From Flavobacteriaceae bacterium (GTDB lineage: Bacteria > Bacteroidota > Bacteroidia > Flavobacteriales > Flavobacteriaceae), in assembly GCA_026988355.1 (NCBI GenBank), contig JALSLK010000118.1:4709-68708 (forward strand): a stretch of DNA of 64,000 nucleotides, read 5' to 3'. Below are positions 26,890-36,736 of the stretch, piece by piece. The notes beneath the pieces were generated by a model. It searched no databases and was not told the DNA's origin. It worked only from the letters and a program-made list of their open reading frames with translations. Numbering within the stretch: the first letter of the stretch is position 1; every line of letters starts with the position of its first letter. The translations under genes and the position numbers were made by a program.

Positions 26890-29706
26890 ATTGATTTTAT
26901 AGTTAAAGCCAATACTAAAATTACGTTCTTTACTATAAGAACGATAGACTTCATTATCCGATTTATAGGAGCTAAAATATTGATTAAAATTATCGTTTAA
27001 TATGTTTTTTACAGCAAAGCTAATTTTATATCTTCTGTCTTTTCCAAATATATAGCTACCTTTAAAATTAAGGCTATTAAAAGGATCTTCGAAAACATCA
27101 GGAACAATACCACTACCAACGATGGTAAGTTTTTCTCCTTGCACATTGTAACTTAGATTAGTGTTAAAATTTTCGTTATATAAATTAATAGATGCGTTTA
27201 CAATAAAAGGAGATTGTCCTTGCATGGTTCTAAATTTTTCAATTGTTTCTCCATCTCTTGCATTTTCTTTACGTAATTCGTATTCTGTTTTACCATTGGT
27301 ATTCACAATAACTTTTTTGATATTCACTTTAGAAAAAATATAAGTAAAATTTAAACCAGTAGTTATATGAAATTTGGCATTTTCTTTGGTTAAATTCTTT
27401 TTAATTTCTAATTCACAACCATAAACAATTGCATTTTCGGTATTTTTTGGTTGAATATTATTAGGGCTTAATTGAAATGGTACAATTTCTATTGGATTTT
27501 TAAAATTTTTATAAAAACCACTTACTGAAACCATCTGTCCAGATTGAAAGAAATTTTCCCAGCGAATATCTAAATTATCAATATTGGTCTCTTTTAAAGT
27601 TAAATTACCAATAAATAAGTTTTGAGAAATAGGATCAAAAATATGCGCATTCGATTTCTCTTTAAAAGAAGGTCTTGCAACTGTTTTAGAATATGATAAT
27701 CTTAAATTAGAATTTTTGTGTGTGGCATAAATAATATTTAAAGAAGGGAGAATAACCATTTCGTTATGTACTAATTTTTTAAACTTTACAGTATTAAAAT
27801 AGCCATCATAATTTATAATAGCTTTTTCAACTCTTACACCAACGATAGTTTTAAATTTTTCAGAAATCTTTAATTCATCCATAATATAACCAGCAAAAAT
27901 ATTACTATTTGCATGATATTTATTGTTGCGATTTTGTAAACCTTGTACAAAAACTCCAGATTGAGATGTTGTATTCCATATATTAGAATCTATTAAGATT
28001 GTATTAGGATTTTCGGTAAAATTATTAAAATCACTAGTTTTATTAATACTAAAATCTAGAATATTATAATCTCTAGTTTTAAATGTATTAGCGAAACCAA
28101 ATTTTAATTTAGAATCGGTATCATTTAAAAATTTAAATCGATAATTAACATCTGCTTTTGCAGCAAAGTTAATTTCATGTAAAGAACGGTAATACCTGTT
28201 TATGCCAGCGCCATCTCCTAGCTGTAATTGAAAAGTATCGGTTGTATTGTCGTAAGATAATCGAGTAGACCTTACATCTGGCTCTAATATAGAAGAATAA
28301 GTAGGAGATAATTTCCAATTTAGAGTCCATTTATTATCGTATATATAATGTTTTCCCTTTAGAATTAAGTTACTGATGCTTTTTTGAGAATATTGAATAG
28401 CATCTTTATAAAGTGTAGCATTAGTTTCATCAAAATTTTGAGAAATATAATCAGCCGCTTGTCCATTTCCATTTTGGCTATGAAATAGCGAAATAGAATA
28501 TTTGTTTTTGTCAAACTTAAGAGCGCCACCAATTAAACCACTCCAAATAACATTATTTTCGCCTAAAGAACCAGTAGTTACCTCTCTTTTTTCTAATTTA
28601 TTAATACTAGAATTTGTATCTTTAAAATAGATACCTTGTTTAATATCACTATAAAAGGTAAAATCGCTGGCATAATTTAAAGCAATATTTAATCCTAAAA
28701 TTACATTTTCCTTTTCATATTGATTCCCAAAACTTAAATTAAAATTTTGATTTAGAAAAGAATCAGCACCTTTAGTAACACCTAATTCCTTAGAAAAACT
28801 TTTAGTGAGTTTAGTTAATTGAGGGTTATTTAAAGATTCATCAGGTATTATTGTGTTTTCATTAAAGCCAAGTTTCCTAGTGTTATTACCAAAACCAAGC
28901 CAATCGGAACTTCCTTGTTTGTAGAGAATAAAATTGCTGTTAAAATTCATTCCAGAGGTATAGCCGTATCCTAAACCAACAACAAATGTTTTTCTCCTAG
29001 GAAAGTCTTTGGTATTAATATTGACTAAACCACCAGTAAAATCTCCAGATAAATCAGGAGAAAACGTTTTATATACAATAATATTATCTACTAAATTGGT
29101 AGGAAACAAATCCATTTGTACGGTGTTCTTATCAGGATCTAACCCAGGAATAGTAACGCCATTTAAGGTAGTTTTTGTGTAACGGTCGCTTAGACCTCTA
29201 ACATAAATATATTTTCCATCTTCAATAGAAACACCAGTTACTCTTTTTAAAGCGTTAGCAACATTCGAATCTCCATTTTTACTAATACTTTCTGATGAAA
29301 TACCATCTAGTAGTTTGACAGATTTTTTTTGCATGGTTAATAATGCCGAAGCAGAATGTCTACTTTTAGAAGAATTAATGACAATTTCTTGTAATTGTTC
29401 GTTGGCAGGGCTTAAAGAGATGTCTAGCGATTTTATGACGTTATTAGTTACAATAACATTATTTATTATTGTTTTGGTAAAACCAATCGACGAAATTATT
29501 ACAGTATAAGTACCTGCTTTTAATTTTAAAGAATAATTACCATCAAAATCGGTAAGTGTACCAATATCGGTACCATCTATTAAAACATTAGCACTCATAA
29601 TAGGTTCTCCAGTAGCATCGTCAATGACAGTACCTCTTATAATTCCATTTGCAAAAATAAAGATTGAAATTAAAAATAATAATATAGATAAAATTGTTTT
29701 TTTCAT
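26887..29706 (-). CDS. TonB-dependent receptor with N-terminal carboxypeptidase-regulatory-like domain
   Basis: Signal peptide. CarboxypepD_reg-like region (IRGTVIDDATGEPIMSANVLIDGTDIGTLTDFDGNYSL). Plug region, then a long beta-barrel. 939 aa. Confidence 0.85.
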   Translation of the reverse strand: MKKTILSILLFLISIFIFANGIIRGTVIDDATGEPIMSANVLIDGTDIGTLTDFDGNYSLKLKAGTYTVIISSIGFTKTIINNVIVTNNVIKSLDISLSPANEQLQEIVINSSKSRHSASALLTMQKKSVKLLDGISSESISKNGDSNVANALKRVTGVSIEDGKYIYVRGLSDRYTKTTLNGVTIPGLDPDKNTVQMDLFPTNLVDNIIVYKTFSPDLSGDFTGGLVNINTKDFPRRKTFVVGLGYGYTSGMNFNSNFILYKQGSSDWLGFGNNTRKLGFNENTIIPDESLNNPQLTKLTKSFSKELGVTKGADSFLNQNFNLSFGNQYEKENVILGLNIALNYASDFTFYSDIKQGIYFKDTNSSINKLEKREVTTGSLGENNVIWSGLIGGALKFDKNKYSISLFHSQNGNGQAADYISQNFDETNATLYKDAIQYSQKSISNLILKGKHYIYDNKWTLNWKLSPTYSSILEPDVRSTRLSYDNTTDTFQLQLGDGAGINRYYRSLHEINFAAKADVNYRFKFLNDTDSKLKFGFANTFKTRDYNILDFSINKTSDFNNFTENPNTILIDSNIWNTTSQSGVFVQGLQNRNNKYHANSNIFAGYIMDELKISEKFKTIVGVRVEKAIINYDGYFNTVKFKKLVHNEMVILPSLNIIYATHKNSNLRLSYSKTVARPSFKEKSNAHIFDPISQNLFIGNLTLKETNIDNLDIRWENFFQSGQMVSVSGFYKNFKNPIEIVPFQLSPNNIQPKNTENAIVYGCELEIKKNLTKENAKFHITTGLNFTYIFSKVNIKKVIVNTNGKTEYELRKENARDGETIEKFRTMQGQSPFIVNASINLYNENFNTNLSYNVQGEKLTIVGSGIVPDVFEDPFNSLNFKGSYIFGKDRRYKISFAVKNILNDNFNQYFSSYKSDNEVYRSYSKERNFSIGFNYKIN

Positions 29707-29795
29707 GAGAGAAATATTAATTCTATTATTAAAATAATTAAAGTCCTCTACAATAATAGAGAACCTTAATTAAACCAATTCAAATAGTTATAATT

Positions 29796-31070
29796 TTAAA
29801 ATTTGTTATTAGCAGCCATCCAAGTCCAGTTTTGGAATTCACTTTGGTTAACACTATTGACATTATTATTTGTAGTATTATTCGCAACATTATAAATTGC
29901 ATTTGCAGCAGTTTGAAGATTAGTTGGTAGAGAACAAATTACAGGAGTAGTAGCGCCATTATTAGACTTTGTATATATTTGTAGATTAGCATCTGTATGA
30001 TTACTTTCTAAGATTAAAGTACCATTAATATAATGTTTGTAAGCATCCATTAAAACAGAAGTGCAATCTGTATCGAGTTTCGTACTAATTTTAAAATTAG
30101 ATAAACCAGTAAATAGATTGTTCTTAATGCTGCCTTGCGCTTTAGATTTTAAATCACAAGATCCATTATTATCTATGTCAATAAAAGTACAGTTTTCAAT
30201 AGTAAACATACCATTAGTAAAGGTGCTATTTTCAGGGCCATCAATTTCTAAAAATTCATCACCAACAGTACTTTTGTAGATTACCATAGAGTTTTTAAAT
30301 GCTCCAGAAAAATTTTGATCAATGTCAAACGCATCATCTTGTTGGTATGCTACCAATGCGTGGTTAATTGTAACAGAACCTCCAAAACACTCAATACCAT
30401 CGTCTAAATTTGCAATAATTTCTACATAATCAATCGTAGTTCCAGCACCAACACCTCCTAATGTTAAGCCGTTAATTTCGTTACCAGAACCTATTGTGAT
30501 ACCTCCGTGTCTTATAGAAACATATTTAAGACTACCAGAGTTGTCATTATCATCGTTACCACCATAAGTACCATAATCAGCATCAGCAGGAATTCCTTCA
30601 ATATGCCCTTGAGTATCTCCTATTTTTGCAGAAACTTTTGCTTTACCTAAAATAATAAGTCCGCCCCATTTTTGAACATCATTTTCGTCTAAATTAGTAC
30701 CTGTTTTTTGTCCTAATTCGATATTGTCTATAACACTAGTAAAAATTATAGGAGCGTTTGCAGTACCTTCGGCAATCAATTTACCACCACGAGAAACAAT
30801 AAGAGCAGAAGCATTTAAACCATCTCCTTGTCGTCCTTTAATTATAGTTCCTGGTTGAATAGTTAATGTAATGCCATTAGGAACAATTACTTTTCCTTCA
30901 AGCTCATAAATTTTATTGGCATACCAAGTTTCATCTTGCAATAGTTTGCCCATCTTTGTTTCGTTTCCAAGGAGGAAATCTGAGGATTCGTCTTCATATT
31001 TACATGAAATGAAAATTACAAGCACAAGAATTGTTACAAATAATAATTTAGAAAATTTTGTTGTAGACAT
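29796..31070 (-). CDS. lipoprotein with predicted right-handed parallel beta-helix fold (function unknown)
   Basis: Lipobox VIFISCKYE. Gly/Asn-rich repeated turns (GGLIILG, GGITIG, GLTLGG, IECFGG). Immediately upstream of the TonB receptor on the same strand. Confidence 0.55.
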   Translation of the reverse strand: MSTTKFSKLLFVTILVLVIFISCKYEDESSDFLLGNETKMGKLLQDETWYANKIYELEGKVIVPNGITLTIQPGTIIKGRQGDGLNASALIVSRGGKLIAEGTANAPIIFTSVIDNIELGQKTGTNLDENDVQKWGGLIILGKAKVSAKIGDTQGHIEGIPADADYGTYGGNDDNDNSGSLKYVSIRHGGITIGSGNEINGLTLGGVGAGTTIDYVEIIANLDDGIECFGGSVTINHALVAYQQDDAFDIDQNFSGAFKNSMVIYKSTVGDEFLEIDGPENSTFTNGMFTIENCTFIDIDNNGSCDLKSKAQGSIKNNLFTGLSNFKISTKLDTDCTSVLMDAYKHYINGTLILESNHTDANLQIYTKSNNGATTPVICSLPTNLQTAANAIYNVANNTTNNNVNSVNQSEFQNWTWMAANNKF

Positions 31071-31266
31071 TGTTTTAAGTTTTAGTTTAAATTAATACAG
31101 CAAAATTATATTTGATTGCTAAATAGAAAGTTAATTAGATATTAAGCATTGGTTAATTTTTAATCGTTTTGTAGTTACAATTTGTTTACATCATTGCGTT
31201 TAAAAACAATCTGTTAATAAAATCACAAAATTGTTGCAATAATATGTATATTAATAGGTTAGTTAC

Positions 31267-31274
31267 TATATTTG
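31267..31274 (+). promoter_or_regulatory. candidate -7 box TATATTTG for the M16 peptidase gene
   Basis: TAnnTTTG match, 37 nt upstream of the ATG at 31312. Confidence 0.35.
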
Positions 31275-31311
31275 ACATCATAAAAATCTATTAAACTAAT
31301 ACCAACCCAAA

Positions 31312-34275
31312 ATGAAAAAACTACAAATTTTCCCCATTTTATTATTAAGCATATTTTTATTTAATTGTAAAAATGAGAATACAGTAAAAAACTATGCGGT
31401 AAAAGTGCAAAAAGACACGAAAGGAATTTCTTATGAAACTGTAAATAATGATCCAACAGGATTGCGTTTATATACTTTAGATAATGGTTTAAAAGTATAT
31501 TTAAGTAAAAATACAGACGAACCAAAAATCCAAACGTATATTGCAGTTAGAGCAGGTTCTATCTATGATCCAAAAGAATCTACAGGATTAGCACATTATT
31601 TAGAACACATGGTTTTTAAAGGAACAAGCAAGGTTGGTACACAAGATTGGGAAAAAGAAAAAGGATATTTAAAGCAAATATCTGATTTGTATGAAAAAAT
31701 GAGAAAAGAAAAAGATCCAGCAAAAAAAACGGCAATCTATAAAGAGATAGATAAAGTATCATTAGAAGCGTCTAACTATACCGTAGCAAATGAGTATGAT
31801 AAAATGGTAAGTTCGCTTGGAGCAACAGGTACAAATGCACATACATGGTTTGAAGAAACAGTATATAAAAACAAAATACCAGCAAACGAATTAAATAAAT
31901 GGTTAACGTTAGAGAGTGAACGTTTTAGCGAATTGGTATTGCGTTTATTTCATACAGAATTAGAAGCAGTTTTTGAAGAGTTTAATAGAGGGCAAGATAG
32001 CGATTGGCGAAAAAGGTATGCAGCAATGTTAGATGGACTTTTTCCAACACATCCATACGGACAACAAACAACTATCGGTACAGCAGAGCATTTAAAAAAT
32101 CCTTCTATGGTAGATATACATAATTATTTTAATAAATATTATGTGCCAAATAATATGGCAATGGTTTTGGTAGGAGATTTAGATTTTGACGAAACCATCG
32201 CAAAAGTAAACAATACTTTTGGAAAATTAAAAAGAAAAGAGGTAACACATCCAGTATTACCAAAAGAGAAACCAATTACAACGCCAGTAATAAAAGAAGT
32301 ATTTGGACCAATGTCGGAAAGTATTACAATAGCATACCGCTCTAACGGAATTGGAAGCGCAGATGAAAAATTAGTTACAATGTGTGACATGATTTTGGCA
32401 AATGGTACAGCAGGATTAATAGATTTAAACCTAAATCAAAAACAAGTAGTACAAAGAGGAGGATGTTCACCAACATTTTTAAATGATTATGGTTATCATA
32501 CTTTTAGTGGAAGCCCAAAAGAAGGACAAACACTAGATGAAGTAAAAGAAGCACTATTAGGAGAAGTAGAAAAATTAAAAAAAGGAGAATTTGACGAATG
32601 GATGTTAGAAGCAGTAATTAATGATTTAAAATTAAGTCAAACGAAACAGTTTGAGAGAAGTACAGCATTAGCAAGTGCATATTATAACGCATTTATTCAT
32701 CATGAAAACTGGAACGATAAAGTAGCATTTTTAGATGATTTAAGAAAAATAACCAAGCAACAGATAGTAGATTTTGCAAACACCTTTTATAAAGATAATT
32801 ATGTAGTTACATACAAACGTAAAGGAGAAGATAAGACAATAGCTAAAGTAGAAAATCCAGGAATTACACCAGTAAACTTAAATAGAGGAAAACAATCTAC
32901 ATATATCCAAAATTTTAATACATTAGAATCAGAAAAAATTAAGCCACTATTTATAGATTATAAAGAAAAAATTAAAAAAACAAATCTAGATAATGGATTA
33001 AATATGTCATATATTAATAATGAAACAAATGATTTATTTAATTTGAATATTATTTTTGATATGGGAAAAGATCATAATAAAAAATTATCCTTAGCAGTAG
33101 GATATTTAGATTATTTAGGGACCGATAAATATACACCAGAACAATTAAAAAAAGAATTTTATAAGTTAGGAATTAACTATGGAGTAAATGCAGGAAAAGA
33201 ACGTTCTTATGTATATATATCAGGTATAAAAGAAAATTTACATAAAGGATTAACTTTATTAGAAGATTTGTGGACAAATGCAGTAGCCGATCAAGATACG
33301 TATGATAAATATGTAGCAAAAATTTTAAAAGGACGTAGTGATGGTAAAACACAAAAAGGAAATATTCTTTGGAATGGATTATATAATTATGGATTGTACG
33401 GAGAAAATTCAAGCCTACGTAATATATATAACGCAGACGAATTATCGAAGATAAATCCAAATGAATTGGTAGAAATAGCAAAAGATTTAAAGAACTATAA
33501 ACAACGTATTTTTTATTATGGAAAAGATGTAGCATTAGCAAAAACGGCACTAAACGAACTACATAAATTACCAAAAGAGTTAAAAGAATATCCAGAGCCA
33601 GTAAAATACAAAGAGTTAGAAACAGGAGGAAAGGTAAACTTTGTAGATTTTGATATGGTACAATCCGAATTAATATTTGTTGCCAAAAAAGAGAAATTCG
33701 ATGCGAAAAAATTAGCATTGTCAAGAGTATTTAATAGTTACTTTGGAAGCGGATTATCATCCATAGTATTTCAAGAAATAAGAGAATCAAAATCATTGGC
33801 ATATTCTGCATTCTCAGCATACTCAAATGCAGGAAAAAAAGACGATTCCGATTATATCTATGCGTATGTAGGAACACAAGCAAACAAACTGCCAGAAGCA
33901 GTAGATGCAATGTTAGAATTAATGAATAACATGCCAAAAGCACAAAAACAATTTGAAGCAGCAAAAAATGCAACATTAAAGAAAATAGCAGCACAACGTA
34001 TAAATAAATCAAACATTTTTTGGACCTACCAACGCTTACAAGATAGAGGGATAGATCACGATATTAGAGAGCAAATGTATAAGGAAATTGAAAATATTAC
34101 CATGGACGATTTAGCTAATTTCTTTAAAGAGAATATTAAAGGAAGTAAATATACCGCTTTGGTAATTGGAAATAAAAAAGACATGAAAATGGAAGCCTTA
34201 AAAAAATTAGGAGAAGTAAAAGAGTTTGATATCGATTATTTATTTAACTATAAAAGTACAGACGTAAAGCAATAG
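31312..34275 (+). CDS. M16-family (insulinase/pitrilysin-like) zinc metallopeptidase, both halves fused, lipoprotein
   Basis: Lipobox LFNCKN. Inverted zinc motif HxxEH (LAHYLEHMVFKG). 987 aa, consistent with four M16 domains. Confidence 0.85.
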   Translation: MKKLQIFPILLLSIFLFNCKNENTVKNYAVKVQKDTKGISYETVNNDPTGLRLYTLDNGLKVYLSKNTDEPKIQTYIAVRAGSIYDPKESTGLAHYLEHMVFKGTSKVGTQDWEKEKGYLKQISDLYEKMRKEKDPAKKTAIYKEIDKVSLEASNYTVANEYDKMVSSLGATGTNAHTWFEETVYKNKIPANELNKWLTLESERFSELVLRLFHTELEAVFEEFNRGQDSDWRKRYAAMLDGLFPTHPYGQQTTIGTAEHLKNPSMVDIHNYFNKYYVPNNMAMVLVGDLDFDETIAKVNNTFGKLKRKEVTHPVLPKEKPITTPVIKEVFGPMSESITIAYRSNGIGSADEKLVTMCDMILANGTAGLIDLNLNQKQVVQRGGCSPTFLNDYGYHTFSGSPKEGQTLDEVKEALLGEVEKLKKGEFDEWMLEAVINDLKLSQTKQFERSTALASAYYNAFIHHENWNDKVAFLDDLRKITKQQIVDFANTFYKDNYVVTYKRKGEDKTIAKVENPGITPVNLNRGKQSTYIQNFNTLESEKIKPLFIDYKEKIKKTNLDNGLNMSYINNETNDLFNLNIIFDMGKDHNKKLSLAVGYLDYLGTDKYTPEQLKKEFYKLGINYGVNAGKERSYVYISGIKENLHKGLTLLEDLWTNAVADQDTYDKYVAKILKGRSDGKTQKGNILWNGLYNYGLYGENSSLRNIYNADELSKINPNELVEIAKDLKNYKQRIFYYGKDVALAKTALNELHKLPKELKEYPEPVKYKELETGGKVNFVDFDMVQSELIFVAKKEKFDAKKLALSRVFNSYFGSGLSSIVFQEIRESKSLAYSAFSAYSNAGKKDDSDYIYAYVGTQANKLPEAVDAMLELMNNMPKAQKQFEAAKNATLKKIAAQRINKSNIFWTYQRLQDRGIDHDIREQMYKEIENITMDDLANFFKENIKGSKYTALVIGNKKDMKMEALKKLGEVKEFDIDYLFNYKSTDVKQ

Positions 34276-34293
34276 TATTATACAAATTTGATT

Positions 34294-34328
34294 AACAGCA
34301 ACAAAATAGCATTTGTTGCTGTTTTTTA
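34294..34328 (+). terminator. rho-independent terminator after the M16 gene
   Basis: AACAGCAACAAA / TTTGTTGCTGTT 12-bp stem, 6-nt loop, followed by TTTTT. Confidence 0.7.
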
Positions 34329-34385
34329 TTATCGTTTTCTAGGTAAGAAAATAATGAAATTACTTTCAATATTCAAAATAAACAG

Positions 34386-34393
34386 TATATTTG
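34386..34393 (+). promoter_or_regulatory. candidate -7 box TATATTTG for rplU-rpmA
   Basis: TAnnTTTG followed by CACC, the same TTTGCACC context as upstream of typA. 60 nt upstream of the rplU ATG. Confidence 0.45.
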
Positions 34394-34453
34394 CACCCGC
34401 TTACCATAAAGGTAAGAACAGTTTTTAAACAAAAATATAATAAATAGTAACCT

Positions 34454-35164
34454 ATGTATGCAATTGTAGAGATAGCAGGGCAACAATTTAAAGTTAAAAA
34501 AGACCAAAAAGTATTTGTTCACCGTTTACAAGGAGAAGAAGGATCAAAAGTAAATTTTGATAAAGTTCTTTTGTTAGATGATGGAAAAGTAACTATCGGC
34601 GCCCCAGCTATAAAAGGAGCAGCAGTAACTGCCAAAATTTTAAAGCACCTAAAAGGTGATAAAGTAATCGTTTTTAAGAAAAAACGTAGAAAAGGATATA
34701 GAGTAAAGAACGGACATCGTCAGTACTTATCTGAAATCCAAATAGAAAGTATTGTTGCAAGTGGAGCAAAGGCATCTAAACCAGCAGTAAAAAAAGAAGT
34801 CGAAAAAAAAGCAACTCCAAAAGCAGCAACTAAACCAGCAGCAGTTAAAAAAGAAGAAACTAAAAAGGTAGCGCCTAAAAAAATTGCAGCAAAAAAAACT
34901 ACTTCTAAAGGAGATGATTTAAAGAAGGTAGAAGGAATAGGCCCAAAAATTGCAGAGATATTTAATAATGCAGAAATTAACACTTTTGCAGAATTAGCAG
35001 GTACTTCGGTTGAGAAATTGCAAGAAATTTTAGCAGCAGCAGGCTCTAGATATGCATCAAAAAAACCAGGGTCATGGCCAAAACAAGCAAAAATGGCAGC
35101 AGAAGGAAAATGGGATGAGTTAAAAGAATGGCAAGATAATCACAAAGGTGGTATCGAAAAATAA
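34454..35164 (+). CDS. rplU: 50S ribosomal protein L21 with a long C-terminal extension (Lys/Ala/Pro-rich linker + helix-hairpin-helix-like domain)
   Basis: The first ~100 aa are canonical L21 ([14 protein letters not shown]...[15 protein letters not shown]). Then a KKxAxK-rich segment and [23 protein letters not shown]. Confidence 0.9.
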   Translation: MYAIVEIAGQQFKVKKDQKVFVHRLQGEEGSKVNFDKVLLLDDGKVTIGAPAIKGAAVTAKILKHLKGDKVIVFKKKRRKGYRVKNGHRQYLSEIQIESIVASGAKASKPAVKKEVEKKATPKAATKPAAVKKEETKKVAPKKIAAKKTTSKGDDLKKVEGIGPKIAEIFNNAEINTFAELAGTSVEKLQEILAAAGSRYASKKPGSWPKQAKMAAEGKWDELKEWQDNHKGGIEK

Positions 35165-35189
35165 TAATAATATATAAAACTATAAAATT

Positions 35190-35450
35190 ATGGCACATAA
35201 AAAAGGTGTAGGTAGTTCGAAGAATGGTAGAGAATCAGAATCGAAACGACTAGGTGTAAAAATCTTTGGTGGACAAGCAGCAATTGCAGGTAATATTATT
35301 ATTCGTCAAAGAGGAACGAAACACCATCCAGGAGAAAATGTATATATGGGAAAAGACCATACTTTACACGCTCAAGTTGATGGAATGGTAAAATTCACAA
35401 AAAAAAGAGATAATAAATCGTATGTTTCAATAGTACCATTTGAAGCATAG
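35190..35450 (+). CDS. rpmA: 50S ribosomal protein L27
   Basis: [24 protein letters not shown]..., the canonical L27 N-terminus. 86 aa. Confidence 0.95.
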   Translation: MAHKKGVGSSKNGRESESKRLGVKIFGGQAAIAGNIIIRQRGTKHHPGENVYMGKDHTLHAQVDGMVKFTKKRDNKSYVSIVPFEA

Positions 35451-35471
35451 TTTATAATACTTATAAAAACT

Positions 35472-35513
35472 AAAATCCTTTCTATCCTATAACAGGAAAG
35501 AAAGGATTTTTTT
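35472..35513 (+). terminator. rho-independent terminator after rpmA
   Basis: AAAATCCTTTCT ... AGAAAGGATTTT stem followed by TTT. Confidence 0.7.
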
Positions 35514-35535
35514 ATGAAGAATATAAAAATACATA

Positions 35536-36225
35536 ATGAAACAAATAATAGTAATTTTAATAGGAAGTATTTTCTTTATTTCTTGTAATTCAGAAAAGAG
35601 AAATATGTTAGTTGAAGGAAAAATAAAAGGCTTTCAAAAAGGGACGGTATACTTAGAGAAAATTAACGATACTATATGGGTAAAAGTAGATTCTGTTATC
35701 TTAGATGGAACAAATACATTTACATTATATGACAATGTAAGAAGCCCTCAGATTTATAATTTAACCATAGCAGAATCTAATAAAAGAATTCAATTTTTTG
35801 GAGAAAAAGGAAAGATAAGCATCTTATCCGATTTAAAAACGTTTGGATACCATTCTAAAATAAAAGGTTCAAAAAATCAAAAATTTATGGATACTTTTAG
35901 AGAAACTAACACAAAATTTAACAATTTAAAGTTAGATTTAATGAAAGAGAAATTTGAAGCAGTAAGAGATAAAGAAACGGATAAATTAAAAGAAATAGAA
36001 AAAAAGATTTTTAATATAAAAAGAAGAAGGTATTTATATACTGCTAATTTTGCTGTAAATCACGCAGATTTTGAAATAGCACCATATTTGGCATTATCCG
36101 AAATTTATGATGCAAACCCAAAAATATTAGATACAATAGTTAAATCAATGTCTACAAAAGTAAGACAGTCTATGTATGGTAAAAAATTAATTACATATTT
36201 GGAGGATATAAAAAAAGAGGAGTAA
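35536..36225 (+). CDS. lipoprotein, DUF4369-like N-terminal domain (function unknown)
   Basis: Lipobox FFISCNS. The N-terminal VEGKIKGFQKGTVYLEKIND... resembles the DUF4369 domain seen in front of Bacteroidota thioredoxin-like proteins. No thioredoxin motif here. Confidence 0.45.
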   Translation: MKQIIVILIGSIFFISCNSEKRNMLVEGKIKGFQKGTVYLEKINDTIWVKVDSVILDGTNTFTLYDNVRSPQIYNLTIAESNKRIQFFGEKGKISILSDLKTFGYHSKIKGSKNQKFMDTFRETNTKFNNLKLDLMKEKFEAVRDKETDKLKEIEKKIFNIKRRRYLYTANFAVNHADFEIAPYLALSEIYDANPKILDTIVKSMSTKVRQSMYGKKLITYLEDIKKEE

Positions 36226-36235
36226 TAAAAAAAAA

Positions 36236-36622
36236 TTATTTTCCAACATCCAACCTCTCTAAAACAGCAATAGAGTCACAAATTTTAACATGCAATACCG
36301 CTTTTTTATCATTAACAAAACCATCAATCCAATAGGTACGGCAAGGATTATTTTTAACTTCACTTTTAGAAAAATCTACATTACCATTTAATAAAAAAGC
36401 AGTAATATTAGCAGAATCAATTGTTTTTTGAAGTAATAAATCGTTTATACTAGGCGCATATTTGATTTGTTTTTGTCTAATAATGCCTAAAATTCGTTCG
36501 TTTGGAAACCAATTACATTTAGATTGTTTCCCATCCAGAATGAAAAATAAAAGTCCAATTCCCATCGCAAATCCAATGCCGAATAGTTTAAAACGTTTTA
36601 ATAAATCGTAGTCAATCTTCAT
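36236..36622 (-). CDS. hypothetical membrane-anchored protein (128 aa)
   Basis: One N-terminal TM helix (LFGIGFAMGIGLLFFIL). No motif recognised. Confidence 0.5.
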   Translation of the reverse strand: MKIDYDLLKRFKLFGIGFAMGIGLLFFILDGKQSKCNWFPNERILGIIRQKQIKYAPSINDLLLQKTIDSANITAFLLNGNVDFSKSEVKNNPCRTYWIDGFVNDKKAVLHVKICDSIAVLERLDVGK

Positions 36623-36736
36623 ATAAAAATGTTAGGTTTTAAAAATCCAAAATTACTCATAATTATTAAAGGGATAAAGGTTTTATTCTAAATTATGTGT
36701 TTTAGAACTCAAATTTTATTTCTCAATAATTACAAA

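Noticed and set aside
33173-34012. 183-aa and 93-aa minus-strand ORFs inside the M16 peptidase gene
   Set aside because: The Leu/His/Tyr-rich nonsense composition marks an antisense shadow of a motif-supported gene.
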